Part shown: one piece after another, positions 28,201-41,780 of the stretch
How positions within the stretch are numbered: position 1 is the first letter of the stretch
How the letters are laid out: each line of letters starts with the position of its first letter
Assembly: GCF_021028975.2 (NCBI RefSeq)
Contig: NC_059438.1
Location: 26,040,001 to 26,104,000 of the forward strand
Source of the DNA: Sphaerodactylus townsendi
Taxonomy: Eukaryota
Direction of reading: 5' to 3'
Length of the DNA: 64,000 nucleotides
Notes under the pieces: generated by a model
What the model saw: the letters and a program-made list of their open reading frames with translations, nothing else
Database searches by the model: none
What the model was told of the DNA's origin: nothing
Program-made: the position numbers and the translations under genes

Positions 28201-30781
28201 GCCAAGAAGCCCTGTCATGTGGATGGGAGCCTTGCACCTGAGTGTGGTCCTTGAAGCTCTTGAGGCTGTTCCCAAAGTAGGCCTCCCCAAACCAGCAGCC
28301 ATGCTGAGGTCCTCTTTTAGCTCCCTGCCAGCAGGTAGGAAAGTGTTTCCTGTCCGTCTTCTGGGTACTGGGGACAAAGGCTCTTCCTGGGACCCTTGGA
28401 GGGCAAGGGATGGGCTACTCTCACCTGCCCTTTGCTCCCTCCCCACTGACCAGTCACCTGTGTCTGGTTCAGATCCGAGATGGGCTGCTCAGGCTGAGCC
28501 AAAGGATCCTGGGACCGTGCACTGTTGTGCAGGGAGCCCTCGGAGGCATCCTCCGCCGGACATCCTCTGAATTCTACCACAACACCCTCAGCTTCCTCAA
28601 GGTACGTCCCGTCACTTTTCAAGGCCCAGGAGTGGTCTCTGTCCACAAAGTGCTTCTTGCTTGCATTGCTTGGTCTCTGCAGGCTGGAAGAGAGGTGAGA
28701 AAGTGAGAAATTCAGGCCCTAGTTACAGTGTTGTGGGGCTGGCCGAAGAATGCCCGTGGCTGCCTGCAGGGCACCATGCTCTTCCGTGGCAGTTCTGCTC
28801 ATGAATAAGCACGGAGAGTGTCTGTTTGGGCTGTGGTTCATGACAGGAGCCATCAATAGACATGTGATGTGGAAAGTCAACAAAGTCTACACAGCGATTC
28901 CGCCACTGGTGCTTCGGCAGGCTAGGGCAGAAGGCCCAAGTAGTTCAGTAGTTCATTGCAATGGCAGGTGGCCAGGCTTGGGTTCCCCCATCCACTGATG
29001 AGTGGGGTGACTCGTGGTCAATGAATGCCGGCACCCTTTCCTTGCCCTGCTTCCACCAGGTTGGAGTTTCCTCAGGGGAGTGGCTGGGCGTCCAATCTGA
29101 GCCGTTCTGCTTTATCTTCTCTTTTCAGTCCAATGCTGACCTCTGTTATACTGCGCTGTCTGCTGTGTGTGGCCTGAACCCCGTCCAGCCCTCGGGGGCC
29201 ATGTATCTCATGGTGAGTGGAGGACCAGATCTTGGTGGGGCCCTCCCCCTGCTCGCAGGCTTCCCCACTCACCCCTTGTACCTTCCACACCTAAGGAGTC
29301 CCTGTGGGTTCATTCCTTGCCCATGGGATGCCTGTAGAACAAGCCCTTCCCTCCTGCAGATGGTGGGAGCTCCCTAAGCCAATCACAAGTCACCATTTGA
29401 GTGAGACTCAATCCTTTACTCAAAAGTAATCTTATTATATCTTAACAGAGACTCTCAATCAAAGCACTTTGTGCATCAGAACACTTAACAGTGACCACAA
29501 TTGTAACAATTCTAACTCTAGACACTTTCCCAATATATAATGGGTTACGTTCACATTTCATCACGTATACAACATCTGCTGAGTTACAGCTAGAGAAATG
29601 TATAATGTCTCTTTATATGCTTTTTTAATATTCAAAACCTTTCCTTTTCACAGTAAACTTACAGATAGAACAGGAACCACATTTAAACATCTACATCCAT
29701 TAAAGTTAGAATTCTGGAGCACTTATCATGCATCAGAAATCACATGTTAGAGGCTCCATTAGTACCACATTAGTACCATTATTAGAAATATTATGATAGA
29801 GTAACAGCATTGTTGTAAATGTTAAGTGTTTTGATGTTAAAAGTGCATGGTGTGAGAGACTGTACTGTTAAGAGACAATAAGATTACTTTTGAGTAAAGG
29901 ATTGAGTTTCACTTAAATGGATATTTGATTTGTTTTGAGTGTTTGGTAGAGCTGGTGATTTGAGATCACACGTTGGGGGTGCCTTTGTGGATGTAGGACA
30001 TTTTTCGCAACTGTTCCTGGCTTGTGTAGTGCCGAGCTCAACCTGTCCTCTGTGCTGCTGCAGGTGGGGATTCAGATGGAGCATTTCCCTGAGTTTGAGA
30101 ATGACGTGGAGTTCACCGAGCGCCTGATTGCTGAACAATCCGTCTTCTGCCTGCCTGCTGCGGTGAGTTGCTTTCCGAGAGCCCAGGAGGGCAAACAGTG
30201 CAGCTCGCTGCCTCCTGTCTGAGTCCTGCTTCAGCTCTCTAACCCACAGGGCCCTTCAGCCCATTTTGCTGCCACCTGAGGAGAATGGGAGGGGGGCAAG
30301 CACCGCCCTTGCAGCTTCCACCGCAGACCCCATCCCAGTCTTTTTTTCAGTCAGCTTCCCTGTTCCAGACCTTTGCTGGGCACCAGCAGGCACAGTGAGC
30401 CGGCCGGCCAGCCCTGTCACACTGAAAGGAACTACAAAGACATTTTAGAACAAGGCTGGAATTGCCCCCCCCCCTCCCAGAAGGCTGGGGTGCAGCTGCC
30501 TGCCCATCAGCAACAAATGTGACAGGAACTCCAGCAGCCACGTGGCCACACTGTGCTGTGGTCCCACAGTCTGCTGCTCTGGTTCTTGGGCCTGCACGAG
30601 CAGAAGCTCAACTCTTCCCTCCTGCTTCTCCCCGCAGTGCTTTGAGTATCCCAGTTTCTTCCGGGTGGTGCTCAGTGTTCCCGAGGACATGATGGCAGAG
30701 GCTTGCCAACGCATCCGGCAGTTTTGTGAGCAGCATTATCAGGATGGAGAGGGGTGCCAGGAGCCGGAATGTGACAAGTAG
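25241..30781 (+). CDS. TAT: Tyrosine aminotransferase, 455 aa, 11 coding exons
   Basis: Exons 25241-25475, 25569-25673, 26058-26125, 26381-26539, 26859-26997, 27373-27425, 27978-28130, 28473-28601, 29129-29212, 30064-30162, 30638-30781 (1368 nt, all GT-AG). Motifs [32 protein letters not shown]-lysine motif [18 protein letters not shown] and C-terminal ECDK*. Confidence 0.98.
29380..29931. mobile_element. AT-rich foldback element in TAT intron (29213-30063)
   Basis: ccatttgagtgagactcaatcctttactcaaaagtaatcttatt (29393-29436) pairs with 29877-29920 with 2 mismatches. Weaker pairing extends inward. AT-rich against GC-rich flanks. Confidence 0.7.
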
Positions 30782-33700
30782 GCACGGGCGCCTCCGCCCC
30801 TCCACCTGCAGTCGAGTCGTGCAACAGAGGGGGCAGCCGCCGCCCCACACTCAGCCTAGCTTATCCAGCTGCAGCTTCAGAGGGCCTGTGGGGCCCCCCG
30901 TCCAGACCGAGCCCTGGACACAACACAGAGCTGGAGCAAAACCCTCAGAGACACTCCTTCCCCCCGGCGGGCCGCTTGGCAGGGCTCCAGGCATGCCGGA
31001 GGGCAGTGGCAGGGGGCCTTCTTGGCATTCTCTGCAGGGGTGTGACGGCTGCCTGATCGGCCCTGGCCACTGGCGTGCAAATGAGTGCCACAGCAGGTCT
31101 AATACCTGGCTTGAGAGGCAGCCTGTTCCTTCCTGTGCCTGTTTGCGGTTCCTAAGTTATTGTTCCTTTTGTATGAGTAAATGGCAGACCTTGTGCTGAG
31201 ATTTGACTCTGTTTCCTTGGGGGGGGGGGAGAGAGTACAGGGGAGGTCCTGAGAACTTGCAAACGAGGGCCCCCCACACACATTTGCTATCCTCAGTAAG
31301 AGAAGCCCCGGCCTGAGAGAGCGCCCCAGGACGCTCCATTTGAGTGGGAAGAATCCCCGCAGGAGGAAAGGCAGCCCCTCCACCTCACGTGCCAGCCAGG
31401 CACAGTGGACATCCAAGACCTCTGCTGAATCAGGTCCATTTAGACTGGCACTCTGTTTTATGTAGGAATGCCAGGGTGCTGATATGTCGGGCGATGCCAC
31501 TTCTGCCCCCACTGGTCTCCCACCAGCCATGGAGGCGAGGGCGGGCGGGCGGGAAGCCCAGCAGCAGAGTGCTCACCTGAAGTGGGCAGAAGGTTTGCCT
31601 AATGTGGCCAACCAGAAGATGCCCTGCAGTGCCCACTGCCAGGACACAGAGGGTAAAGGGGAGACCAAGTCCGCGGCCTCCTCCCCTTTAGTATTTTGGT
31701 AAGCTTCTGCCATCTTCTCTCTAAACTATCACCCCACCCCACACACGCAGTCACAGAGGGAAAGTGCTCCAGGCCCTTGAGCACTTGGGTGGTCCATTTC
31801 CATACCATTTCTCAGCTCTGCGATGGCCCTTTTGAGAAGGTAATCACTGTTCTTGGACCGAAAGGGACCTCCCCCTCCCTTCAGACCTGTGGGTGTTATC
31901 ATATAAATAATTCCAATCAGGAGGGGGGTGGGCAGTTTCACTGCCCCTTCAGGGGCCTGAAGGAACATGGTTAGCCTTCTAGCTGTTTTCAGTATTTACT
32001 TGCTGCCTTCCGCCTGTCAAGGTGGCATCCCACATACTTTAAAACATAGCACAGTAAAATACCAACAGTGCTATATCACCCGATGAAACAGCAACAGAAG
32101 AGACTAATTAGGCACAGGAAAATTGGAACTTTTCCTTCAACAGGGCATCCCACCAGAGGCCATCTGGATAGCTATGGGGAGGGAAGCCCACAGATGAGGC
32201 GTCACCCACTTAATCTCTGACAGTGGGAGCATCTTGAGAGCACCTCTGCCGGGGGGTTTCTCAAGACAGCAGACCCTTCCGGGACACTCTGATCCAAACT
32301 AGGTCCAAACTGGCAGTCTGCCCAGTGCCTGGAAACAAACCGGCACTCACCTGGAGTGTTCCTGATCCAGGGACCCTCTGACTTGTTCCACGGGGTCGTC
32401 TGCTTGTTCTGAACAGCCATGTCTCAAGTGCACGCCTTTCCCAGTGGGGAGGCTGATGCTGAACAAACGACAGGAACTTCATGAACCAACGGCTGGGCCT
32501 CATCCACAGAGGGGAGAGCGAGGCCACGCAGCAGTGGCCCAACGTTAGTCTCTTGGTTGATGATACGTTCACCAGTCTTGTCTTGTCTGAGTTCCAGTGT
32601 CTCTCTCTCTCCTATTCCGGAGTCCAGCCTTCATAGACCGGACCATAACAGGCAATCCGTTACCCAGAATGCTGGTGGCTGCGCTTTTGAGAGTGGGGAG
32701 AATTGCTTAATGAGAGGCTGGATGACCTTACAAGATCTTTTCCACCTATGTATAAGTTAAGTTTTTCTCCTCCGAAATCGGAAGGAGGCAGGAGTAGAAG
32801 TTTTAACAAGTTTTGTTAAGAAAAGCAAATTAATAAAAATACAAGCACACAAATGGTTAAAGCACACAAAGAAATCACACAGTTTTAGGGTACTGATAGT
32901 GTTGGGGACAAATCTGGAATAGATTAGGGTTTTGTGGGGGAAGGCTATAATTACCCTATCCTGACGAATGGCTCCAGAAAGCAGAGTTCAATGCCTGCAC
33001 TGAGCTTCAAGGAGACAGGGTGGAGGCAGGTGGCCTGCAGCGGGATGGATGCATTGAACACTGACTGCAGAGTGGATGGCTATTTTATAGGGAAGACAGA
33101 CCCTCTGGACATGCTAAGAGAGCTTAATCTTTCTGGACAAAGGAGGGACACTTAATACGCTGGCACTTGGCTTAATGTTCTAATCCTGGGGGTGCCCATA
33201 GTTAGCCTTTTGGCTTGAAGCTGATTTAATTACAACTTTGGGACAATGCCAAACGTAAATGATGATGGTCTTGGAAGAAGTTAGAAACTAGAAGATGAGA
33301 TTAGTATTTTGAGCAGGAACTCTTGGTGAAATCCTTGCTTCCTTTGTCTCACGGAGGCACGCGAGTCAGGGCTGAACTGCTTTGTAGGCTGAAAGCGACT
33401 GCCTTTTCCTAATCTCTTTAAGCAAGTTATTTTGCAAAGCTTGTGTTGGCGAGGACAAGTCCAGGCAGGTGTTTTTGTCCTTATGGGTGACACTGAGCTA
33501 ATGCAGAGTATGGCATCCATCTTGGCACTGTATTGCTAGGCCACCCTACTAGGTTGGCAGGAAAAGCAGACCCCCCCCCCCCCCCCGTGTCTGCCTGGTA
33601 ACAAAAGGACCAAGAAGTGAAGTTCAATTCAAGGGGACAGAATTCTTACCTGCCTCCTCTTTGCAAAGCAGGTTCAAATGGACTGGGGGAAGAGGCGACG

Positions 33701-34671
33701 TTCAGCTGATTTTCCTGGCAGCAAAGTGCTTGGTGACTCCATGAATATTGCAAGAGGGATCTGGTTCTTTCATGGGGACAGTGGACACTGGGATGCTTGC
33801 AAGAGAGCCACATCTTGCTGGGAGCCTGGTGGCTCTTTGCCTACAGCCCCCTTGCCTGACTGATGCTTTTCAGCTCAGCAGGAGAGAGGGTTACACTATG
33901 ATTAGCCCAAGGCGAGGATGCCGTTTAAGGAAACCTCTGTTGTTTGGGATCAGAGAGAATGGAGACTGCACCGGCATGAAGAAGGGGAGGGGGAGAGCAC
34001 AGTGAGCACAGAGACGCCTCCATGCATGTGGGCCCGAGCAGGCCGATGTCTGACCTGGCCGTCTCTCTCTCTCTCTCTCTCTAGGGCAGGCAGGACAGGC
34101 ACAAAATGGGGTGGACGTTGGTTTTGCTCCATTCAGGGTTTCCCTCCATTACAGTCAAAGCATCAGAATGCTTGAAAGACACGATGTTACAAACATTACC
34201 AACAAAAACACCAAGTTGTTGCCCCAGCGACTGGAGCGGCTGGGGAGCATCATGACAGTAGCATGCTTGTGGGTGTTGCACTCTGCATCCATTCGTTATT
34301 AAAGTGAGCTGAGCTCAGCTCACCCTTTCGGGGATGTGGGTGTCAGGACCCGTCTTTCGCATCAGAGGAAGGAAGGCTGTTTGGGTGAAAAGGAGCCCCT
34401 GAGGGATCCCCATTACATCCAAGGCTGCTTGCAGCCCAGGATCTCCAGGGGAAGGCCTTGCCCTGGCCTGCCCTCTCTGCCACTCAAAAGCCAAGGGTAC
34501 GGGCGCATCAGGAACCCCTCCGGAAGGTCCTTTCCTTCTGCCTCAACCTTCCCCTCTGCCCCCGGCCCCCAGGAACCAAGGTGGCAGAAAGTCAGAGCCA
34601 AATCCTGCACCAAAAAGAGCAGCAGGGCCATGCCTGGCAGCCCAAGGCATTCTACCTGCCCCCTGGATTGA

Positions 34672-34980
34672 GGAGGAAGGCTCAGCTCTCTGGATCGGAT
34701 ATCTGAAGGGATGCCATTTTGGTGAGGGAGCAGGCTTCTTTTCTGCTGCCTCAGAAACTAGGACATGGAACAATGGATTCAAGGTGCAGGAAAAGAGATT
34801 CCACCTAACCGTCAGGGGGCTGTTCAACAGTGGAATTCGCTGCCTCGTCGTGTGGTGGAGTCTCCTTTGAAGGTTTTTAAGCAGAAGCTGGCTGGCCATC
34901 TGTCAAGGGTGCTTTGATTGTGTCTGGCAGGGGGTTGGATTTGATGACCCTTGTGGTGTCTTCCCACTCTATGATTCTAG
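34672..34980 (+). mobile_element. CR1 LINE 3' fragment
   Basis: tatctgaagggatgccat...caatggattcaag...gattccacctaa...cttcccactctatgattcta CR1 tail. Confidence 0.7.
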
Positions 34981-35679
34981 GATCAGCTCCTAACTTTGGC
35001 CCCACAATAGGGTGTAACCGTCATCTCCTTTGAGCCAGAGCTTGAGCAGTAGCAGGTCAGACAGGACCCCGAACAGGGGCTTTGCCAGAGCTCCAGGCTC
35101 TGCTCCCATCTTGCGGGGCTCCCATTCTGTCTGGGCTCCAGCTCTGGAGAAGATTTCAGCTTGCTCAGGTTGGCTGCCGCCATGTGACCCTCATGCCCCC
35201 ATAGCTGGCTGGATATGCAGAGAGCAAGTGAAGGAAGCCCAGCGTCCTCTCGGGCTCCTTGAAGAGTCCGGTCCAAGCAGCTCCTGGAACAATGTGACCA
35301 ACGCACCAATTCTTCTTGTACAAAATGAGTACTGGCCACAGCTCTCCTAAACATCCTGGAGGATTCTGGTTCAGCTTAAGCAGTTCAGGAGGAGGCAACA
35401 TTACAGGGGTGAGGGAAGGGGAGTCAGATTTGTGCCAGAACTCCCTCCCTCATCACGCAGAACTACAGCAGGGTGGAGGAATGTCTGGAAAGGCCACCTC
35501 AGGTCTGGATGAGTCGCATGTGACTTCACCTGAGAATGAGGCTACAGTCGAGTTGGGACCAGAGGCAGGGAGTTTAGCGGGGGGGGGGGGGGCTGATGGC
35601 CACCAAACCCCTGATGCACTTGAGAAACAGACAAGACCAGCTTTCCCTGAACAGACAAGGCAGAGGGTCACTATCCACT

Positions 35680-36530
35680 CACCATAAGCCGCGGGGTCAC
35701 CTCTTTAAAAGCCACGGGGGTCCTGGACGCTCCCCACATCTCCGGCGCTCACTGCGCGGCTGCCAGGGATTTACCTCTCTCCCGCCTCCTGGCTGCGCGG
35801 CAAATTAGCTCCGCTAAAAAGAGCAACTTTTTAAAAAAACCCGCGGGTGCCGCGGGGTTGTGGGGAACCTCGGCTGTTTGCGCGCGGCTGATTCGCTGTG
35901 ACGCGCAGCTCACGGCCAATCAGGGAACAGGGAGCGCCATCTTGTTAAGTGGGGGTGTCCCCGTCTAAAAGTGCGCGTAGTGATGACGTAGACACGTGTC
36001 GACATCCAGTCGAAGTCACGTCTTCACGTCTCAACTTGTTCAAAGCCCGTGCCGAGCAAATGGAAAATGTCGGCGCCGAGCGAATGAGGAAGTACAAGAG
36101 GCGTGCGTGCGAGCTGGCTTCTGCTTTCACTTCCAAACACTGCTGATGACGTGTCTCCACAGAAAGCGCAGCCAACGATTTACTGCTGACGTCAGCATGT
36201 GCCGACGTCTTAATAGAGGGCTGTTAGCGCCTCTTTGATGACGTTCGCACTCACGCTCGTGCGAACCTATCATAAACAACCTCTTCCCAGCCAATCACAC
36301 TGGAGACCCGCCCTCGGCTGGCCGCCACTTTCTCGTAACTCATGACGCACACGTTCGACGGCCAATCGGAGCGCTCCATTCCCCTCATTGCAACGGAACT
36401 CCCGCTCTTTGCTGCCCGCGTTATTTCAAGAATTGCAAACGTGTGGGGAACAAATGTCTCCGTGGTCAGAAGCCACGGAGGCTTTTCATTGCGGGGTCGC
36501 AGCGGCGTTGCAGTTTAGTGAGGTAAGTGG
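35680..36530. promoter_or_regulatory. Orphan CpG island / putative bidirectional promoter
   Basis: CpG-dense. Perfect CRE TGACGTCA at 36187-36194 plus several TGACG half-sites, CCAAT boxes at 35916, 36291 and 36362, YY1-like GCCATCTT at 35936. Strong splice donors point outward on both strands (plus: GAG|gtaagt 36522; minus: ATG|gtgagt 35683). Confidence 0.7.
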
Positions 36531-37734
36531 GTAGTGGCCCTCTACAAGCCTGAAAAAAGGTTCAGGTTTGCTGCAGATATACTTGAAATCTTGTTTCTCA
36601 ACATTGGGCTGGGCTGGAGGCTTGAAATGCTCCAAAACTGTAGAAGCAGCACCAGAAATGACTTTAAGAAATGAATGCCCCAAGTGGCCATGGCTAGGCG
36701 CCACTACGCTACTTTCAGGGAAAGGCGGAAGGAAGGAGGGTCCTTCTCCAAGGCTGTTTGGGCTTTTGAGGGAGACCAGGGCCAGGCCTGGCAGCAGCCA
36801 CGAAGTGATTCACCCGACTCCCTCAGTCCTGGCTGCTTTCTACTTTGCAGCAGCGTCCACCTTATGAAAGCCGGAGGTTCAGAATGGGATCTGGAAATCC
36901 CAGGAGCATATCACCACTGATCCACGGAAGTTCACGGGATCCCTCTGGACCAGCCACATGACCTGGCTAACCTTCCCCACACGATAAAACAGAGGAAAGG
37001 AGACTAATGCAAAAACATTTTGACACCCCATTGTGGAGAAATAGAATGGATAAATGAAGATCAACGTAGCCAAAGAGGAAACAGGTAAAAGTTAGGTTGC
37101 TTGGTGGGTGAGAAGGAGAGAAAGACACACAGAAAGCTGGTCATTTGGAGATTGCCAGGAAAGAGAAAATAGTTTGGAAAGGGATACGGCCCAGGGAAAG
37201 GTAGGTTTACTGGTGGTTGGGAAGGAGAGAAGAAAGCAGGAAGGAGAGAGAGGCTATCGCGACTGCAAAGGAAGGGAAAGAGAAATAGTGGGAAAGGGGA
37301 AAATGAGATGCCCTCCACTAATTCTTGCAAGCCCCCCCCCCCCCCCCGCTCAAACACTCTGGCCTCCCCCTGCCCTCCCCCTCCACTCGGAGAAAGGCAG
37401 CCCAGGAGTCCAGCCTTGCAGGAGCCATGCTGTGCTGGCACTCGATCCTCCTGGGTGGGGTCTGGCTGCTCTCCAGGCTCACAGCAGGAGGATGGTGTTT
37501 GAGAGAGACGGATGTTTCCCAAGTGGGCAGGACAGACAGAAAGACAGATGGACAGCTAGATGCTCCCAGGACAAAATTATGCCCAGACTTGCTGTCTGCA
37601 GGTGCCTCGCTGGGTGGTGCTCTCAGCCTCAGGGGCTGCCAGTTAGGACCCTGGGGGATACTAGCCCCCGCCCCCGTCTTCCAAATCACCAGCTGCTACC
37701 CAGGAGGTCTCCCACGGTGCCACAGACATGCTCC

Positions 37735-38038
37735 AGAGCAGCAGTGGCGTAGTGGCTAAGAGCAGGTGCACTCTGATTTGGAGGAACGGGGTTTGATTCC
37801 CATCTCTGCCACTTGAGTTGCAGAGGCTTATCTGGGGAATTCAGATTAACCTGCGCACACCCACACAGGCCAGCTGGGTGACCTTGGGCTAGTCACAGCT
37901 TCTCGGAGCTCTCTCAGCCCCACCCACCTCACAGGTGTTTGTTGTGAGGGGGGAGGGGCAAGGAGATTGTAAGCCCCTTTGAGTCTTCTACAGGAGAGAA
38001 AGGGGGGGATATAAATCCAAACTCTTCTTCTCTTCTTC
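37735..38038 (+). mobile_element. Squam3-like SINE, full length
   Basis: Highly similar to the copy at 53542-53838, with a tRNA-like head and (CTT)n tail. Confidence 0.85.
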
Positions 38039-41000
38039 CATAGGCCAATGGTGGTGCAGCTGGGTGGAATGGGGAAAGAGAAGCTTAGACTGTGGACCTG
38101 CCTCCTTTCTCAGGGCACAGCTGTCCCCACTCCAAGGTGCTGCCATCCCCAAGGAGCAAGAAGGACCATGCCAACCAGACCCGTTCAGTGGTGTGTGTTT
38201 CTGCACCAGCTCAGAGCCACAATGAGCATTTACAAATCATCTGGCAGCAACTTGAGGAGAAAGAGCCCCACGAGCGAAGCAGGCGGGAACTCTGCCCACC
38301 CACTCGACTTTCTGGGCCTCCTGAGCAGCACCCGCTCTTGGCTGTGCTTCTGGCATCCCTCCGTCCACCCAACCCTGAGCACCTCGCCACTGTGTTCCTC
38401 TGGACTGGCGGACTGGCCAGCGTGGGCTTCAGGGTCTTGCTGGTGCTGCTTGGCTCACGGCCATTCTTCCTCAAGGCCACTGACTGGCTCTTCCTCAAGG
38501 GGGAGTCTTGTCCAGCTCACCCGTCCCTCCCCGCCTCCCACGGGGCCCTGGCTGGAGCTCAGGGAAGGCTGCCTTTCCTCCTGGCAGTAGCCTCAGCACT
38601 CCCATCTGCCACTCCCATCCCAGCTCCCAGCAGGACAGGCTCTTGTGGGCCGAGGCAGGCAGTCCAAGGGGGTAGAGCTGAACACAGCAGGTAAGGCTGG
38701 GGTGTGTGTGTGTGTGTGAGAGAGAGAGACTGTCATACCTGCACCTGAATTTGCTGCTGGAAGGAGACAGTGAATCACATTACCGGGCAGAAACTGCCCA
38801 CCCCACAGAGGAAGTGGATAGCCGTGCTAGAGCTTGCCGTCTGTTCTGTGTTGGGGGCTGGGAAGGCATGGCACAGCTTGTGATCTTTGCTTTGGCATTA
38901 CTTGTGCTGGGTTTCCTGGAGGGGAGGGAGCATTATTTAGTGTGGGCTGAAACAGGGTTTCTTTTCTGCCCCCTCAGAAGGAGAAGGGCAGTTTCTAAGA
39001 GCAGGCTGTGCGTGGTCGCAGATGCAGCTCCCAGTGAGGGAGGGGTCCCAGGTGAACTTCATGGCTACCTGGGAACTGGAACCCTTGTTTCCAGCATTCT
39101 AACCATTACATCACACTCTCCAATTCGGCTTGTGCTGGCACATAAAGTCCTAGATTTCTCTGTCCCTCACAACAGTGACCTCATTACCTGGAACCAAACA
39201 TGACAGAAAGGACTTGGCTGGTGCCCAGTGTGCGCAGTGGGCCCCCAGAAGGAATGCCAAAGGCCAGTGTGTTGCATGCAATCCTCCTAAATGTACCCAT
39301 ATAAAAGTTGCCTCACCTGGACTGTGAAAGTGACGTCTTCATTTTTTTGCCCAGGGGTGGGGGGCACCAACTGACACAGCAGCGGCCCGTGACCCTTGAC
39401 CTGGCAGCTCCCCCCAGGCCAGGTCCTGCTCTCCTAATTGAAAGAGGTTGGCGTGGTTGCGACTTACAATGAATGGAGAGGACCTCCGAATCGGACAGCA
39501 TTTGGGGCAACAGGAACCAGGTTTTGAGCCCTGCCTGGAGGGCCAGTATCGGCTTCTGGGAGGCAGCCTGGGAAACCTAGGCTGTTTTTTGGGCCACCTA
39601 CATTTCTGATTTCCCTTTATAATAAAATTTCGAACGTTTTTTTGAATATACGCTTGTATGACATCACCCGCTGCCTACTTGTTCCCATGTTCACTCAAGC
39701 TTTTCATCTGTTGCTCCTTATAGCAGAAAATTACCAAAAGCTGCCCAGCCATCCAGAGAGGCAGAAAGACGTGGCCACGGCTCCTGGAAGCCCAGTGGAT
39801 GGCAGCAGAGGGTCACCTGAGCCCTCGGCTAGGTCAGGCGAGGTAGCCTGAGTGGGAGTAAAAACACTCTGCACAGCCACTCACCCTATCCCAACGGGGA
39901 GGCACCAGGGCCATGCCTTGACCAGCTGAACAACACTGCAGGGTGTTCTAGGCACTAGGGCGCTCCCTGTGAGGGAGAGCCCCAGTTTCTTGCTGGCATT
40001 TCTTGGGATGGACTGTGCATGTGTTGAGCGGCCTTCTGTCCACGTGTCCAGGAGTTTTGGCTTGGGGGACACTTTTATATTGCTGCTGCAATATAAAGGC
40101 TGCGAGCTTCCTGGCCTCCCTTTTCATTTGCACTTTTGGAACTGAGAGCAAGGCCTCAGTGAAGAGGCTTTCCTGTCTTCCAAGAAGTTTACTATTGGTC
40201 TGACTTACTGCCCAAGGAGCTCCATGCGCTGAATTTCATCCCAGTCATCCAGTGAACTTACATTTGGCACTTGGCAAGATCTAGCACCTCTGCCAAGATG
40301 GCCTCCTTTCCATCATGGCACTCCCAAGGGTTCTGTTGCGTTGCAGTTGAAGGGAAGCTGCGTGCTCAGGCTGGCTCCTCCGGGGCCCACTGCAGGCCGT
40401 CCTGAGGCTTCCGCATCGCTTGCAATGTCAGAAGGGATGAAGCCGGTTTCTTGCTGTGAGGTGTGGCACAGGAGAATCAACAAGAGGAATAAATCCTCCC
40501 TTGAATGATCTCATCTTAAAGACAGGGCCAGTTAGAAGGAGACAGTTCTCCGACAAATGCAGCTGATAGGCTACTGCATGACCAGACGTTTGGCACTAGC
40601 AAAGCGGCCCCACCTGGAAAAAGAGGCTTAGAAATGCAAACATCTTGGGGGACACTGGGGCATTCTGCCAGATCTGTATCTCGTAGCAGAAGAGGGAGCA
40701 CTTTTTTAGAATTACACAGAACTCTTCACCAGCCTTGAATGGAAAGATACGAATGACTGCAACAGAGGTTCATGGTTGAGTTCTTCTTTTGCAGAGAAAG
40801 TCTGTGGTGGCTGGATGGGAGCTTTAGGGGGAACAGAGCAATAAGCTTTAAAGGCAAGAGCCTCGGGGACTCCCAGAGGAGAGACCCAGAGAAGGAGGGG
40901 CACGGGCAATGGACTTTGCCCTTCCTTGTGGCACATGAGAGGAGCAAACGAAAAGCTCTCGCCATTAGCTGCTCCCCAAGTCTGGCAGGCAGTGCCTTCT

Positions 41001-41289
41001 TCCACCCCCACCCCCGACTCTGCTGTTGGCTCCCATCAGGCACCAGAATGGGGGGGCGGGAGAGCTGGCAGAGCCAGAAGCACCTGCGAATGAGGAGCAG
41101 CAGCAGCAGCAGCTGAGCGCTCTCAAACACAGAAGTTGTTGAGCAAGATGGCACTCTGTGCTGCTAGAACTCAGGAATCAATTCCAGGGCTTGTGGTAGC
41201 AGCAGAGATGGAAGCCCTGACAGCAGAAGAATCTCAAATGCAAGAAAGACAGAGTGGGGAGGAGGACAGCGGGATAAAAAGAAATGGCA

Positions 41290-41780
41290 CTGGAAGGAAA
41301 AGGAAAGGGCCAGTCATCTGGGTCTCCTGCTGAGTCATCAGTCCGGGCCTGACTCCTTGGCCTCAGAGGCGTGTTGCTTGCCAGGGAAGAAAACCAAAGA
41401 TGTGGTAAACCAGATCCCAGAACTGGTCAACTCTACAGATCGTTGTCTATTTGTGATGGTCCACGTGGGAACCAACGACACAACTGTGGATGCGTTCGCA
41501 AGCATTAAGAACACAAGAACAAGCCAGCTGGATCAGTCCAGAATCCCTCTAGTCCAGCTCTCTGCTACTCACAGTGGCCCACCAGGTGCCTTTGGGAGCT
41601 CATTAAGGCTGCTAGGAATGTCTCAAGAGGAAGCTGAGGGGACTGGGGGCATGGGTGGGGGGGTCCCCCGGAGGACGGGGAATGCAAGGGGGTCAGAAGA
41701 TGCTGGGGGTGAACTGCTGGCTGTGCCGGCAGAAGGAATTTGGATTCTGAGACTACGGACACAGTTATGACAACCTATCT
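41290..41780 (+). mobile_element. CR1 ORF1 (SGNH esterase-like) remnant interrupted by an inverted CR1 tail piece
   Basis: Translation CCLPGKKTKDVVNQIPELVNSTDRCLFVMVHVGTND matches the CR1 ORF1 motif pattern. 41505-41600 is the reverse complement of the tail at 46470-46566. Confidence 0.6.

Noticed and set aside
32750-33550. LTR-like segment
   Set aside because: Composition suggests an ERV LTR, but I could not define TG..CA termini or a TSD.
37108-38694. 180-214 aa ORFs
   Set aside because: Several use non-ATG starts, none shows a domain signal, and they are consistent with chance ORFs in GC-rich DNA.
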